From contig OY771587.1 in the NCBI GenBank assembly GCA_963674825.1, forward strand, positions 3,200,001 through 3,264,000: DNA of 64,000 nt. Direction: 5' to 3'. This document shows positions 10,563-20,208 of this stretch, piece after piece (the stretch's first letter is position 1; each line of letters begins with the position of its first letter). The notes below the pieces were generated by a model. The model did not search any database, had not been told where the DNA came from, and saw only the letters and a program-made list of their open reading frames with translations. The position numbers and the translations under genes were made by a program. Origin of the DNA: Candidatus Cloacimonadales bacterium. Lineage in GTDB: Bacteria; Cloacimonadota; Cloacimonadia; Cloacimonadales; JAIOQZ01.

Positions 10563-10687
10563 TTTCGGCTTTCACAAAGTGAAAACGAATACATGAGCGT
10601 TGTGAGTTCGCGTAGCGAATTCATGTTAGCGGAATAATCTTCGACAATCTCCTTTCGCGAAGCGAAATAGCGAAAGTGGATAACTCG
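10563..10687. repeat. Intergenic repeat: one 28-bp hairpin unit plus 72-bp block, copy 2
   Basis: 10563-10603 matches 7397-7437 with 1 mismatch; 10616-10687 is identical to 7482-7553. Confidence 0.93.
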
Positions 10688-10742
10688 TACGGTTGTTGGT
10701 TGTTATCTGATCAATCTGAACGTCAACGACAGGGAGTAAGTT

Positions 10743-13643
10743 ATGGTGCGATTAATTTTGATTCTATACCTTTTTGCAGGATTAACCGGTTTGTGTGCGA
10801 ATGCTCAAATCCTTTGGGGTGAGACGGGTGTACCTGTCGTGGTGAGCGATAATCTACAGTACTCTGGAGGTACTGCTCAACTCGAAGATGGCAGCACGAT
10901 TGTTGTGTGGAGCAAAAACGCCAATGGAGAACGCGTCATCTACGCTATGCGATATGACAGCTCAGGGCAGGAGATGTGGGCGTTTCCTCATAATGTTTAC
11001 GAGAGTGATGCCTACCCGTTTTATGTGAAAGTAAAATTGCTCTCCGACGGTAACTTGATGCTGTATTGGGTTGAAGAGGAGTATTATGAAGATTCTTCGA
11101 CCCGAATGCTGAGAATCACCGATGAAGGTGATCCGCTATGGGAGCAGCCGTTAACATTTGAGGGATCGTGGGAATATTACGCCTACAATTGCATCCCTGA
11201 CAATGCTGGTGGCGTATATCTTGAATCTCAATTTGAGTACACGCCTGTAACGTGCAGTCATATAAGCGACGATGGAATCCTCGATTGGGAGATCGAGATG
11301 TTTGAAGGAAACAACGTGTTCCTCTATCGATTTCCAAGCTGTCCCGATGGAGATGGCGGGATTATATCCGCCAAGAAGGTATGTGTCTATGATCCGATGT
11401 CTTATTATGTCGCGGTTCAACGTATAACGCTGGACGGTGACACTCCATGGGGTGATAACGGCTATGTTGGTTTTACATACAACAGTGTAATAACTTATCC
11501 GGACATCGTTCAAACGGGAGAGAATGAATTCACAGTGGTATGGCTAAATACGTACGACACTCCCTCGATCGATGTAAGAAGAATCGACTGCGATGGACTG
11601 ACCCTATCAGAGGCTACACTTCCGCTTGATGTTGGCATCAATGCGAATGAGATTAGGGCGCGCGCAATCAGCGATGACAGTGGGAATATTTTCTTTGCCT
11701 GGTCCGAAGAATACAACACTGAGAATAACGCTTACATTGCTAAAATTGATCCCGACAATCAACTCGAGTGGCTTTTCTCGGCAGGTTCATCATTCGACTC
11801 TGTGGTGGATATGGAGATAGCGCTGGATGATGAGTTCAATCTGAATTTATTATGGTTGAACTCGTATCATGATTTGATGATGCAGAAAATCGACACCGAC
11901 GGTGTCGTACAATGGAACTCGTCAGGAATTCTCATCGCTGAAGATGTCGGATACTATTACGATCAAAGCCTGGTCTCGATTGAGAATGCCATGCTTGTAT
12001 TCTGGATGGAGAATATCGACTTGGAAGAACGGGTATGTAAACAGAAGGTCGGCTGTGAAGGTGTGCCAGAGTGGGAAGGAGATGACCTCGAAATTGTTAG
12101 AGGTAACAAATACTTTGCCAGCTCCTTATGCTTTTCAGAATGCAATGACAGCTCTGACAGGCTGGCATATAGTTGGCGTAATTCGGATTGCCTTTTCCAA
12201 ACGATTGATTTTAACGGTGAATACTCCGCACCCGACCCGTGTCCTATTATCACGAGTGAGTATAGCGGACAGAACAGCATCATGTCAATAGAGCGTATCG
12301 ATGAGGATTATGTGATTGTCTGGGATCACCATCTAAGTTCAATCTACGAGCTTTGTGTTAATCGGTTCGATGTTGAGGGTAATCGTGTTTGGGATGAGGA
12401 TATTGTTCTTTGCCAGACGAATATCTATACCGAGAACCCTCCTCAACGTGTACGTGTGGAAACTGGCTCAGGGGATCCTCTTATATATTGGAGCCAGAGC
12501 TATGTGACAGACAACAAGATCAAGATGCAGAAGATTATCGACGGACAGATCGCATGGCCGGAGCCGAAACTTGTGTATCACAGCCTGACATCGGGCATAC
12601 TACTGGTTGATGTGGTTGACGATTACGTAATCTGGTGGGATCTATCAAGCCAGGTTTTGTGCGTCATGCGTGTTACCCTGAATGGTGAGCCATACGAGGG
12701 CTGGGCCGATAATGGGCTGCAGGTCCTGTCCTATGAGAATCTATGGACTGATCCGCTGTATCAAAAGAATGAACAGGGGCTTGTGGTTGTATGGCCGGAA
12801 GAAATCAATGGTGAGGTCACGCTATACCTTCAGATTGTGAATTCCGATGGTACATTGTATTGGGAGACCGCGATCGAACTGATGGAACAGGAATCCCCAA
12901 GTAATCTACAGTATGTGGTTTCGGGAAACGTCGTCTATGCACTTTGGCAGGAATGGGACGAGTATCACTCATTGCCAGAAGTTTTCGCCGAGGCTGTCAA
13001 CCTGAATGGTGAGGCTTTGTGGGATTCCGAATCGAGTCTTATCGATAATTTCGGAACGCTTTGTGATGCAGTCCAGACACCAGATGGATGTATGTTTGTC
13101 GGTTACCATCGTTACGATGATGGACGACGGTGTGATATTTTAATGCAGCATGTCAACAGTGAAAGGATTGTCTGGGACGAAACCATGACAGTCTGCGGCT
13201 TGGCAGGTAATCAAGTTGATCCTGAGATTCATCGTGCGGCGGATAATAAGTACTTCGTGACGTGGGAGGATACCCGGAATCTGGCGTTTACTGCCGGTGA
13301 AGACATCTTTGCCCAGCTTATTCAATACGAGCCGGTAGCCATTGACGATCCGACTGCAATCCCCACGTGGGATCCGAATCTGTCAACCTACCCCAATCCT
13401 TTCAACCCGGAAACGACGGTGCAGTTCTCGCTGCAGAAGGAAACGAAAGTAGCGCTGAAGGTTTATAACGTGAAGGGCCAGTTGGTCAGAACACTTTGCG
13501 ATGAAGTGCTGCCATTAGGCGAACATCACATAGAATGGGATGGACGGGATAATGTTGATAGGAAAGTCTCCAGCGGAGTTTACCTGATCAATCTGAACGT
13601 CAACGGCAGGGATTATCGGAGCAAGGCGCTGCTGCTGAAGTAA
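10743..13643 (+). CDS. Secreted acidic beta-repeat protein with FlgD-Ig/T9SS-type CTD (paralog 3)
   Basis: AGGGAG RBS; signal peptide; colinear with paralogs 1 and 2; same CTD. Confidence 0.85.
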   Translation: MVRLILILYLFAGLTGLCANAQILWGETGVPVVVSDNLQYSGGTAQLEDGSTIVVWSKNANGERVIYAMRYDSSGQEMWAFPHNVYESDAYPFYVKVKLLSDGNLMLYWVEEEYYEDSSTRMLRITDEGDPLWEQPLTFEGSWEYYAYNCIPDNAGGVYLESQFEYTPVTCSHISDDGILDWEIEMFEGNNVFLYRFPSCPDGDGGIISAKKVCVYDPMSYYVAVQRITLDGDTPWGDNGYVGFTYNSVITYPDIVQTGENEFTVVWLNTYDTPSIDVRRIDCDGLTLSEATLPLDVGINANEIRARAISDDSGNIFFAWSEEYNTENNAYIAKIDPDNQLEWLFSAGSSFDSVVDMEIALDDEFNLNLLWLNSYHDLMMQKIDTDGVVQWNSSGILIAEDVGYYYDQSLVSIENAMLVFWMENIDLEERVCKQKVGCEGVPEWEGDDLEIVRGNKYFASSLCFSECNDSSDRLAYSWRNSDCLFQTIDFNGEYSAPDPCPIITSEYSGQNSIMSIERIDEDYVIVWDHHLSSIYELCVNRFDVEGNRVWDEDIVLCQTNIYTENPPQRVRVETGSGDPLIYWSQSYVTDNKIKMQKIIDGQIAWPEPKLVYHSLTSGILLVDVVDDYVIWWDLSSQVLCVMRVTLNGEPYEGWADNGLQVLSYENLWTDPLYQKNEQGLVVVWPEEINGEVTLYLQIVNSDGTLYWETAIELMEQESPSNLQYVVSGNVVYALWQEWDEYHSLPEVFAEAVNLNGEALWDSESSLIDNFGTLCDAVQTPDGCMFVGYHRYDDGRRCDILMQHVNSERIVWDETMTVCGLAGNQVDPEIHRAADNKYFVTWEDTRNLAFTAGEDIFAQLIQYEPVAIDDPTAIPTWDPNLSTYPNPFNPETTVQFSLQKETKVALKVYNVKGQLVRTLCDEVLPLGEHHIEWDGRDNVDRKVSSGVYLINLNVNGRDYRSKALLLK
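13326..13643 (+). repeat. Conserved CTD-coding repeat, copy 3
   Basis: Last 85 aa differ from copy 2 at 4 positions. Confidence 0.95.
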
Positions 13644-14331
13644 TCACCGTCACGCCCTGCGGGATCGGTATCCTCTCGAAAATCTCGTTGATAGGCAGAT
13701 TGCGCATATTCTCGCAGGAAATCCACTTGATTTGCGATGTTAGGCAATAGACCGGTTTCTTTTGCTTATATGCAACATGGCATAACTTCTCAGTACCGAT
13801 TTTATTGATGAGCATGTAGTCACAGTAACAATCGCAGCCGATCAGCACGGTATCCACGAGTTCCATATCCTTTTCAAACGCGGAATCGTCCACTACGCTC
13901 GCGTCGATCCCTTTGTTCTGGAGACGCTGGCAGAGTACGGATCCTTCACCACCCGGTTTCGATTCCAGACAAAGCACCTTTTCGAGTTTGGCATTGTATT
14001 TTTTCAGGGTCAGCTCGATGATCCCGCTGTTGCTGAAAGTCATGAAGCTTGTAAATTGTTTTGCTTCGAATGTTTCCACTGCCTGTTTGATCGTAGCCGA
14101 TGCGTCCAGTTTGCATTCGAATTGCCTTATCGAATAGAGATCGATTGGATGTTGCAGGCTTTGGTGAAGGTTGATGATCGCTGCCATTGCGGGGAATGTC
14201 TCGCGTAACCGATCAAGAAACTTACGTGCCTCTTCCATTCGGTCGTAAAGGATCAATTGCTCCAGAAAAGACAGGGACTTCCTTACGATTTCGATCGATC
14301 CGGAAGTCCTGTCAGAAAAGATATCGCTCAT
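13600..14331 (-). CDS. eIF-2B alpha/beta/delta-like (MtnA/ribose-bisphosphate isomerase-like) protein
   Basis: D..SGS, MTFSNS, ESKPGGEG, LIGCD, NKIGT and FE.IP motifs. Confidence 0.72.
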   Translation of the reverse strand: MSDIFSDRTSGSIEIVRKSLSFLEQLILYDRMEEARKFLDRLRETFPAMAAIINLHQSLQHPIDLYSIRQFECKLDASATIKQAVETFEAKQFTSFMTFSNSGIIELTLKKYNAKLEKVLCLESKPGGEGSVLCQRLQNKGIDASVVDDSAFEKDMELVDTVLIGCDCYCDYMLINKIGTEKLCHVAYKQKKPVYCLTSQIKWISCENMRNLPINEIFERIPIPQGVTVITSAAAPCSDNPCR

Positions 14332-14336
14332 GGCAT

Positions 14337-17300
14337 TTATTTCAGCAATAGAATCTTACGTGTCTTGACCGGTTTCCCATCAATGCTCAATCTGCTGAAG
14401 TAGACGCCGCTGGAAACTTGCTTACCGTTCGAATCGCGACCCTTCCACACAGTTTCATGCACACCTGCCGGTTTCACTTCGGAGACCAGTCTGTCTACCC
14501 GCTGTCCCCGGATATTGTAAATGCAGAGTTCCACTTTGGCACGTTTCGGGAGCGAGTAACGGAAGGTCGTTTCGGGGTTGAACGGATTCGGATAGCTTGT
14601 GAATACCTGACGATACTCGACAGCGCCGTTGTCAGCGTTCATATACTGGTTATAGATGCGCACGGTACCGTTCATCTGGAGCTGGTTCGGGAAGAACGAA
14701 ACCGAATCGACGTCGGTCATGTTGAAGAAGTAATCGCCGATGTTGATCAGCACGGAATGATCGTCCAGGAAGTTCCTGGTATTCAGCCGCAACGTTACCT
14801 GCGAAAGCACATCGAGCTGCATCTGGAAGTTCCAGGTCTGGACATCCACATCTTCATACGTAAACGGTCTCTTGAATTCCTGATAGAAGTTCTGATCCTG
14901 ATAGATGCTGAATCCCGGATCCTTTACTATCTGCAGGTTGAGCGCGATTGCTTCGGGTTTTTCAGGCGGTTCGGGCGTATCGAAAAACGGATCGAAATCA
15001 ACGGTTGTGAATTCGTTTGCACCCATGACAATCAGATCCTTGTTGTCGTCATCTTGCGATGCGATGAGTTCGAGTGTCCATTCGTCGCGGAAGGAATCGA
15101 ACAGCGGATGATGCGGGAACGGCGAGATCTCGATGTCCAGGTTCGGGATGAAACAGAAGATAAAGAACGATTCTTCCGGCTCGATCTGCTGAACCAGCCT
15201 GTAACCGTTTCGGTAAACGTAGATCGATTTCGACACGTATCCGTTGCGAACTGCTTCGGTGAACGTGTAATCGAAGTCGTTTACCTGTATGGTGATGTCG
15301 GTGTAGTTCAGTGGTCCGTAGTGGGGATTCGGTACGAAGTTCCAACCCTGCTGAAGCGGTGCTTCCCATGTGTCCGGACGGAAATTAATGCCGCCAAGGT
15401 AGCTGCCCCAGTATTCGATGCCGTGAGTCCAGAAGGGAACGCCGTACTCGTAATGACTGAATAATTCGAAACCATCCTGCGAATCCCAACTATAGAGTTC
15501 GGTATTGTCTCCGGGCGAAAGCGCTGCGTTGGTAACCGGATTAGCCGAGAGCTTCCAACCTTCAGGAATGCCGAGTTCGAGGCTGTTCGGTACGATACCG
15601 AAACGGTATTTCGATTCATAATCGGTATAGCTTCCATCTGCGAAGAACGCGCGTGCGTAAAGTGTGCAGTCGGTCATCCAAACGTCGTTCGGAACTTCCC
15701 ATGAATAGGTCTCAGCCGTGCTACCTAGGCTGTTGGCGATCAACAGGCTATCCGCGCCGGAGCGACAGAAAAGCCGGATGTGGTCGACAACGATCGGGTA
15801 ATCGGTATCCCAGGTAAGATTCACTTCGTCGCCAGCCTGGAAGTACTGATTCGTTATGTTGTTGAAATCGATACCGGGTTGAAGATCGCCCCAGTAGAGT
15901 GTAAAATACAGCCAGTCAGAACTCGTCGCGGTGAAGTGCGCAGTTGCATCCGCCAGATTGGTATAAAGGCCTGATGAACTGTTTCTCAAGTATAGCTTCT
16001 CGCCATTGCGGCGGAGTGAATCGGCCAACTCGATGGTAATATCTTGATTCAACTGATTGGTTCGGATACGCAGTGGCCAGGTATTGAGCCATGTGTTTTC
16101 GTCGTAATCAGCTTGAATCTCCTGATAGAGTTTACGGTAATTCGCACTGTAGTATTGCTCGTAAAATTCGCATTCGATGTAGTTTCCAGAGGGTGTATCG
16201 CTGTTGAGGATATCGAAGTGCGTATCCCATCCATCAGTAGCATAAGCATTCTTGCCGAATTTCACCGAATCGACGATCGATCCGCTGGCGTTATGAACGT
16301 TGATGGTGTAGATATGCTGCACCTGTGCGCCTTCGTAGTCGTTGTCATGGGCGATGGTTCCGTCGTTGTGCTCAGCGCTTACGCGGTAGTAGTAGGTCTG
16401 GCGATCGACAACATCCTGATCGACAAACGTGTAGGTCACATCTTCTTCTGTAGATCCAGCCAATGAGGTGTCGGTCTCCCATGATGCGATCGTCTCAAAT
16501 GGCTCGTTCAGGTCGGTTGTGCGGTCAATGATGAACCCAGCATTGCCGGACTGGATGTCCGCAAGCCAGGATATATCGACCGTAGCGCTTCTGCCGTAGG
16601 TGGCAAAGTTGCTGATCATGGCCGGTCCGGTGAAGGTGACGAGTTCTTCAGAGAGTTCGCTCACGTTATTGCTGTAATCCGAGGCGCGAACAGCCATGTA
16701 ATAGGTCTGGTTCTGGGTTAATCCCGTTACCGTGGTTGTTGGTTCGGCCTGACCTGAGAGTCGCCAGTTATTATTGCGGTCGAAGATCTGATAGCCACCA
16801 TTCTGGATCGGTTCTGTTGAATAAAGCACCTGATAGGAGTAAAAATCGTATGCGCTGGAGCGGTCCCATTCGAGCGTGATCGAGTTGTAACCCGATGTGA
16901 TCGTGACCGGTGCTGCCGGTGCAGTGGGTATTTCTTCGTCGTCTAACTGGAAGTAATCGTGCAACGTGCTTCCGATAGCGGTTAGAAGCGGCTGGTAAAA
17001 TTCCAGTGCGTATTTGTGAACCTTTCCCATGTTGTATTTCTGGGTTACGGGATCGTAAGCATTGAACCAGCGCCAGTAGTTGTTCGTATGCGGATAACAG
17101 GACGGCAGTTCGTCCATCTCGATATGCAGGAAAGGTTCCCGCTGATCGTAGCGGTTGGTTCCGCTGGTGGAATATTGAAGCTGCCGGTTGTTGAGGTATC
17201 CGGGCAGATCGATATTGCTCGAAACGGTTATCGTGTCGCCATCGGCGATGTAATCGAATCCGCGAGAAGTATAATAGACGCAGTAAAACTCTTCGATGGT

Positions 17301-18251
17301 TACCGCGTCATGAATTCCGATCTCGTCCTGCTCGTGAACGATATAGGGTGTTGCGTTGATCATGTCGTTATGATCGTACGAGAGGTCGCGGATAGGCAGA
17401 TTCGGATAGTCGCGATTCCAGTTTCCGGCGGCGATCTGGCAATTATTGTAGCCGAGGTGGGCATTCCAGTCGTAACTGTGAAGCTGCACGCAGAATTCGT
17501 GGTCTTCAGTGTCCTCGCGAATCTGGTCGCAGAATCTTCTGTATGCGGTATTGTATGGATGATTATACCACCTGGTCGGGTCGCTGATAGACTTGGAATT
17601 GGTGTATCCGTAGCCATCGTCGTCCCACATCACTTCACGGCCAGCACCAGTAATCATGAGATATCCGGCACTCCATTGTTGGAAGGCGGTCGTTCCTAAT
17701 GCCGGCGTGATATAGTCGTCGTTGGGGTGCGGGATGGTAATGATTACGCCAGGATATTCGGCGTCGAGGTTTCTAACATATAGCCCCCAGCCGTAGTCAA
17801 AGCTTCCTGTGATGTCATCGTACGTATCGGCGGTCGCGTTGTCGTCGTAGTAATCCATGTTCAGCAGTTCGCGTAGCATGTGATAGGTTCTTCCGGTTTC
17901 CGTATCGTGGAAGATGACCATTTCATATGGGATACCATATTCAGTGATAAGCGAATCGACCAGTGTGGTATTACCATCGATAAACGCGAGGATCACTTCT
18001 TCCCATTGCGCAAGCTGATCGTCGGATGGATCGACATATTGGCCGAATCCACTCATTTGCCGGTCATAGGGTGCATAAATATTGTATCCAGATGATGCGA
18101 TGCCTTCAACGATATGGCTTTGCCAGTTATCGTATGAGCATCCGTCGGCAGAGGTGTAGATGAATTTGGATAGAGACTCGTATTCCTCGACGAAGGAATA
18201 CCCAAGCACAGAAACAAGAAGAAAAACCAAAGTGACCAGTAGATGTTTCAT
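14337..18251 (-). CDS. Large secreted protein with fibronectin-III domains and FlgD-Ig/T9SS-type CTD
   Basis: Signal peptide; FN3 pattern (SITLEW...GLTQNQTYYMAVRA); C-terminal SYPNPFNPETT...KILLLK. Confidence 0.8.
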   Translation of the reverse strand: MKHLLVTLVFLLVSVLGYSFVEEYESLSKFIYTSADGCSYDNWQSHIVEGIASSGYNIYAPYDRQMSGFGQYVDPSDDQLAQWEEVILAFIDGNTTLVDSLITEYGIPYEMVIFHDTETGRTYHMLRELLNMDYYDDNATADTYDDITGSFDYGWGLYVRNLDAEYPGVIITIPHPNDDYITPALGTTAFQQWSAGYLMITGAGREVMWDDDGYGYTNSKSISDPTRWYNHPYNTAYRRFCDQIREDTEDHEFCVQLHSYDWNAHLGYNNCQIAAGNWNRDYPNLPIRDLSYDHNDMINATPYIVHEQDEIGIHDAVTIEEFYCVYYTSRGFDYIADGDTITVSSNIDLPGYLNNRQLQYSTSGTNRYDQREPFLHIEMDELPSCYPHTNNYWRWFNAYDPVTQKYNMGKVHKYALEFYQPLLTAIGSTLHDYFQLDDEEIPTAPAAPVTITSGYNSITLEWDRSSAYDFYSYQVLYSTEPIQNGGYQIFDRNNNWRLSGQAEPTTTVTGLTQNQTYYMAVRASDYSNNVSELSEELVTFTGPAMISNFATYGRSATVDISWLADIQSGNAGFIIDRTTDLNEPFETIASWETDTSLAGSTEEDVTYTFVDQDVVDRQTYYYRVSAEHNDGTIAHDNDYEGAQVQHIYTINVHNASGSIVDSVKFGKNAYATDGWDTHFDILNSDTPSGNYIECEFYEQYYSANYRKLYQEIQADYDENTWLNTWPLRIRTNQLNQDITIELADSLRRNGEKLYLRNSSSGLYTNLADATAHFTATSSDWLYFTLYWGDLQPGIDFNNITNQYFQAGDEVNLTWDTDYPIVVDHIRLFCRSGADSLLIANSLGSTAETYSWEVPNDVWMTDCTLYARAFFADGSYTDYESKYRFGIVPNSLELGIPEGWKLSANPVTNAALSPGDNTELYSWDSQDGFELFSHYEYGVPFWTHGIEYWGSYLGGINFRPDTWEAPLQQGWNFVPNPHYGPLNYTDITIQVNDFDYTFTEAVRNGYVSKSIYVYRNGYRLVQQIEPEESFFIFCFIPNLDIEISPFPHHPLFDSFRDEWTLELIASQDDDNKDLIVMGANEFTTVDFDPFFDTPEPPEKPEAIALNLQIVKDPGFSIYQDQNFYQEFKRPFTYEDVDVQTWNFQMQLDVLSQVTLRLNTRNFLDDHSVLINIGDYFFNMTDVDSVSFFPNQLQMNGTVRIYNQYMNADNGAVEYRQVFTSYPNPFNPETTFRYSLPKRAKVELCIYNIRGQRVDRLVSEVKPAGVHETVWKGRDSNGKQVSSGVYFSRLSIDGKPVKTRKILLLK

Positions 18252-18265
18252 TCAAACCGCCTTTG

Positions 18266-19192
18266 TTATGATTCTGATCGTTGAACCGCTTCCGAATTTG
18301 GCAATCTTTTTTTATGAGTAAATATCAGCCAGGCACCTGCGATGGCAGGTATTACAGCATTGAAAATAAATATCATGAGCGATGCAGCAACAGCAGTTTC
18401 CTGATTGATGCCGTATTTGGGCAAGATTATCATGGCTGCTGTTTCGCGAATTCCGAGACCATTGAAGGTTATTGAGATTAGCGTCACGGTGAGGATCAAC
18501 GAGACGCAGATTGAGGTATTGAACAGCGTTATATCAGAATTCGAATTCACAAGAACCTGATTATTGAGCAATATATAGTACTGGTAGAACGTAACCAGCG
18601 TATAAACCGTTTGCGATAGGATGATCCTGGGTGTGATGGAGAAAAGTCGTATAGGATACCGGCTCTGCCTCTTAAAGAGCTTCAGTGCAAGAGGTAACAA
18701 GAGCGGCATCACAAGCACGAACGCAAATGCGAGGATCTTCCAGAGCGTGTATTCCTTCGAGAAATAGTAGAAACTGCTGATTCCCGCGAAAAAGAGGACG
18801 ATCCAAGTCTGGTAGAATTTTTCAACACCCACAGAAACTGCTGTGGCCTTCTTCTTGTTCTCGATGAAGAACATCTTTCCGAAGGTGGCGTAACCGCCAG
18901 GTAATACGAAGCTCAACGCTAATCCGATAAAGTAGGATTTCAGCACTTCCCAGCGATTGGGCTGGTAATTTGGATTTATACGCAGATACCAGTACCAGTT
19001 GTAGTATTGTGTGATGTGCTTCAGAGTGGATGTGAGCAGCAGCATCACAACCGCTACGATGCTGTATGCTGTAATCTGGCTCATCAACCCATGGAATTCT
19101 ATCTTTCGGAAAACGAAGTAGAGTATCGCAATACTGATTACGATTTTCAGAATGAAGGCTGCTCTTTTAAAGAGCGTCTTTTTTATGATCAT
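18266..19192 (-). CDS. Lysylphosphatidylglycerol synthase TM / flippase-like membrane protein
   Basis: Multi-TM; LPGG and GLGIRE motifs; ATG 19192 overlaps the upstream GT2 stop (ATGA). Confidence 0.75.
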   Translation of the reverse strand: MIIKKTLFKRAAFILKIVISIAILYFVFRKIEFHGLMSQITAYSIVAVVMLLLTSTLKHITQYYNWYWYLRINPNYQPNRWEVLKSYFIGLALSFVLPGGYATFGKMFFIENKKKATAVSVGVEKFYQTWIVLFFAGISSFYYFSKEYTLWKILAFAFVLVMPLLLPLALKLFKRQSRYPIRLFSITPRIILSQTVYTLVTFYQYYILLNNQVLVNSNSDITLFNTSICVSLILTVTLISITFNGLGIRETAAMIILPKYGINQETAVAASLMIFIFNAVIPAIAGAWLIFTHKKRLPNSEAVQRSES

Positions 19193-20205
19193 TTCCAGTT
19201 CCACTTTCGGACGATACCCATAATTGACCAGTAGATCAGATAGTACGGATAAACGAGCAGATAGACCAGGTTGCTCGGGACAAAGCGCTGCCGATGCAGT
19301 GTGAGGTTCGCACCCCAGAAGATGAAAAGACCGAGCCAATGAATGACAAGAACATCGATGCTGCCCGTGATGATCTTAAACGGTAAAATAATAAAATATG
19401 CGAGGATGATCAGCATAAGTAATTGATAGCCGGGACGAGACTGCCCAAACTTGGAATAGCGGCGCAATTGCTGGTCGATAAATCCCTTGCGGTTTGGTAA
19501 GGTGTAAACCGGTGCTTCTGGATTGTAAGCGATAGGATATCCGGCTTTATGGATGCGATTGAGCATTCCTTTATCATCACCGGCTTCGAGGTGTCCGTCA
19601 GGTTCGAAGCCTTTGACAGCGAAAAAGGTGTCGCGGCGTATGGCGAGGTTGCGTCCGGTACAGCTGAAGGGATAACCCAGCCCGATGGGTGCTGCGAATA
19701 CGGCAGCAGTAGCGAGCTGCGTGAAGTGCCGGAATTCGGATGCATCCAATTCTGGAGAGAAACCGACGACCATGCCAGTCCGATCGGAAAAATACTTATC
19801 GTACGATTGAAGCCAGTTAAAAGGAACGATGCAATCGGCATCGGTTAGCAGGAGAATTTGTTTACGTGCTTTACGTGCGGCAAGTGTAAGTGCCGCTTTC
19901 TTGCCCCTGAGTTTCTCGTCCTTCTGCTCGATTCTATAGCAGGAAGCTCTATCGTTTTTCTGGCAGTAATCGGTCAGGATGCTGAATGTATCGTCTTCGG
20001 AGGCGTCATCTACCAGTATGATCTCGTAGTCGGGATAATCGATTTTCGAGAGCGACTCCAGTAACGAGTGAATATTCTTCTGTTCGTTACGGCATGATAC
20101 CAGGATCGAGTAGCTCCGCGGCTGGGATTCCTTTGTCTTTCTGTTACGCAGAATTCCCCAGGCAAAGATCAGCATTACCGCGAAGAAAATCGATACTATG
20201 CCCAT
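19189..20205 (-). CDS. Family 2 glycosyltransferase, membrane-bound
   Basis: DDASED, GKK.AL, TDAD, GDD and Q.LRRY motifs with flanking TM segments. Confidence 0.88.
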   Translation of the reverse strand: MGIVSIFFAVMLIFAWGILRNRKTKESQPRSYSILVSCRNEQKNIHSLLESLSKIDYPDYEIILVDDASEDDTFSILTDYCQKNDRASCYRIEQKDEKLRGKKAALTLAARKARKQILLLTDADCIVPFNWLQSYDKYFSDRTGMVVGFSPELDASEFRHFTQLATAAVFAAPIGLGYPFSCTGRNLAIRRDTFFAVKGFEPDGHLEAGDDKGMLNRIHKAGYPIAYNPEAPVYTLPNRKGFIDQQLRRYSKFGQSRPGYQLLMLIILAYFIILPFKIITGSIDVLVIHWLGLFIFWGANLTLHRQRFVPSNLVYLLVYPYYLIYWSIMGIVRKWNWK

Positions 20206-20208
20206 GGT

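Noticed and set aside
7033..13643. Diversity-generating retroelement (VR/TR pairs at gene 3' ends)
   Set aside because: No reverse transcriptase is present, and the differences between copies are mostly synonymous and not adenine-specific.
14418..15464. 348-aa plus-strand ORF
   Set aside because: Antisense shadow of the 1304-aa secreted protein.
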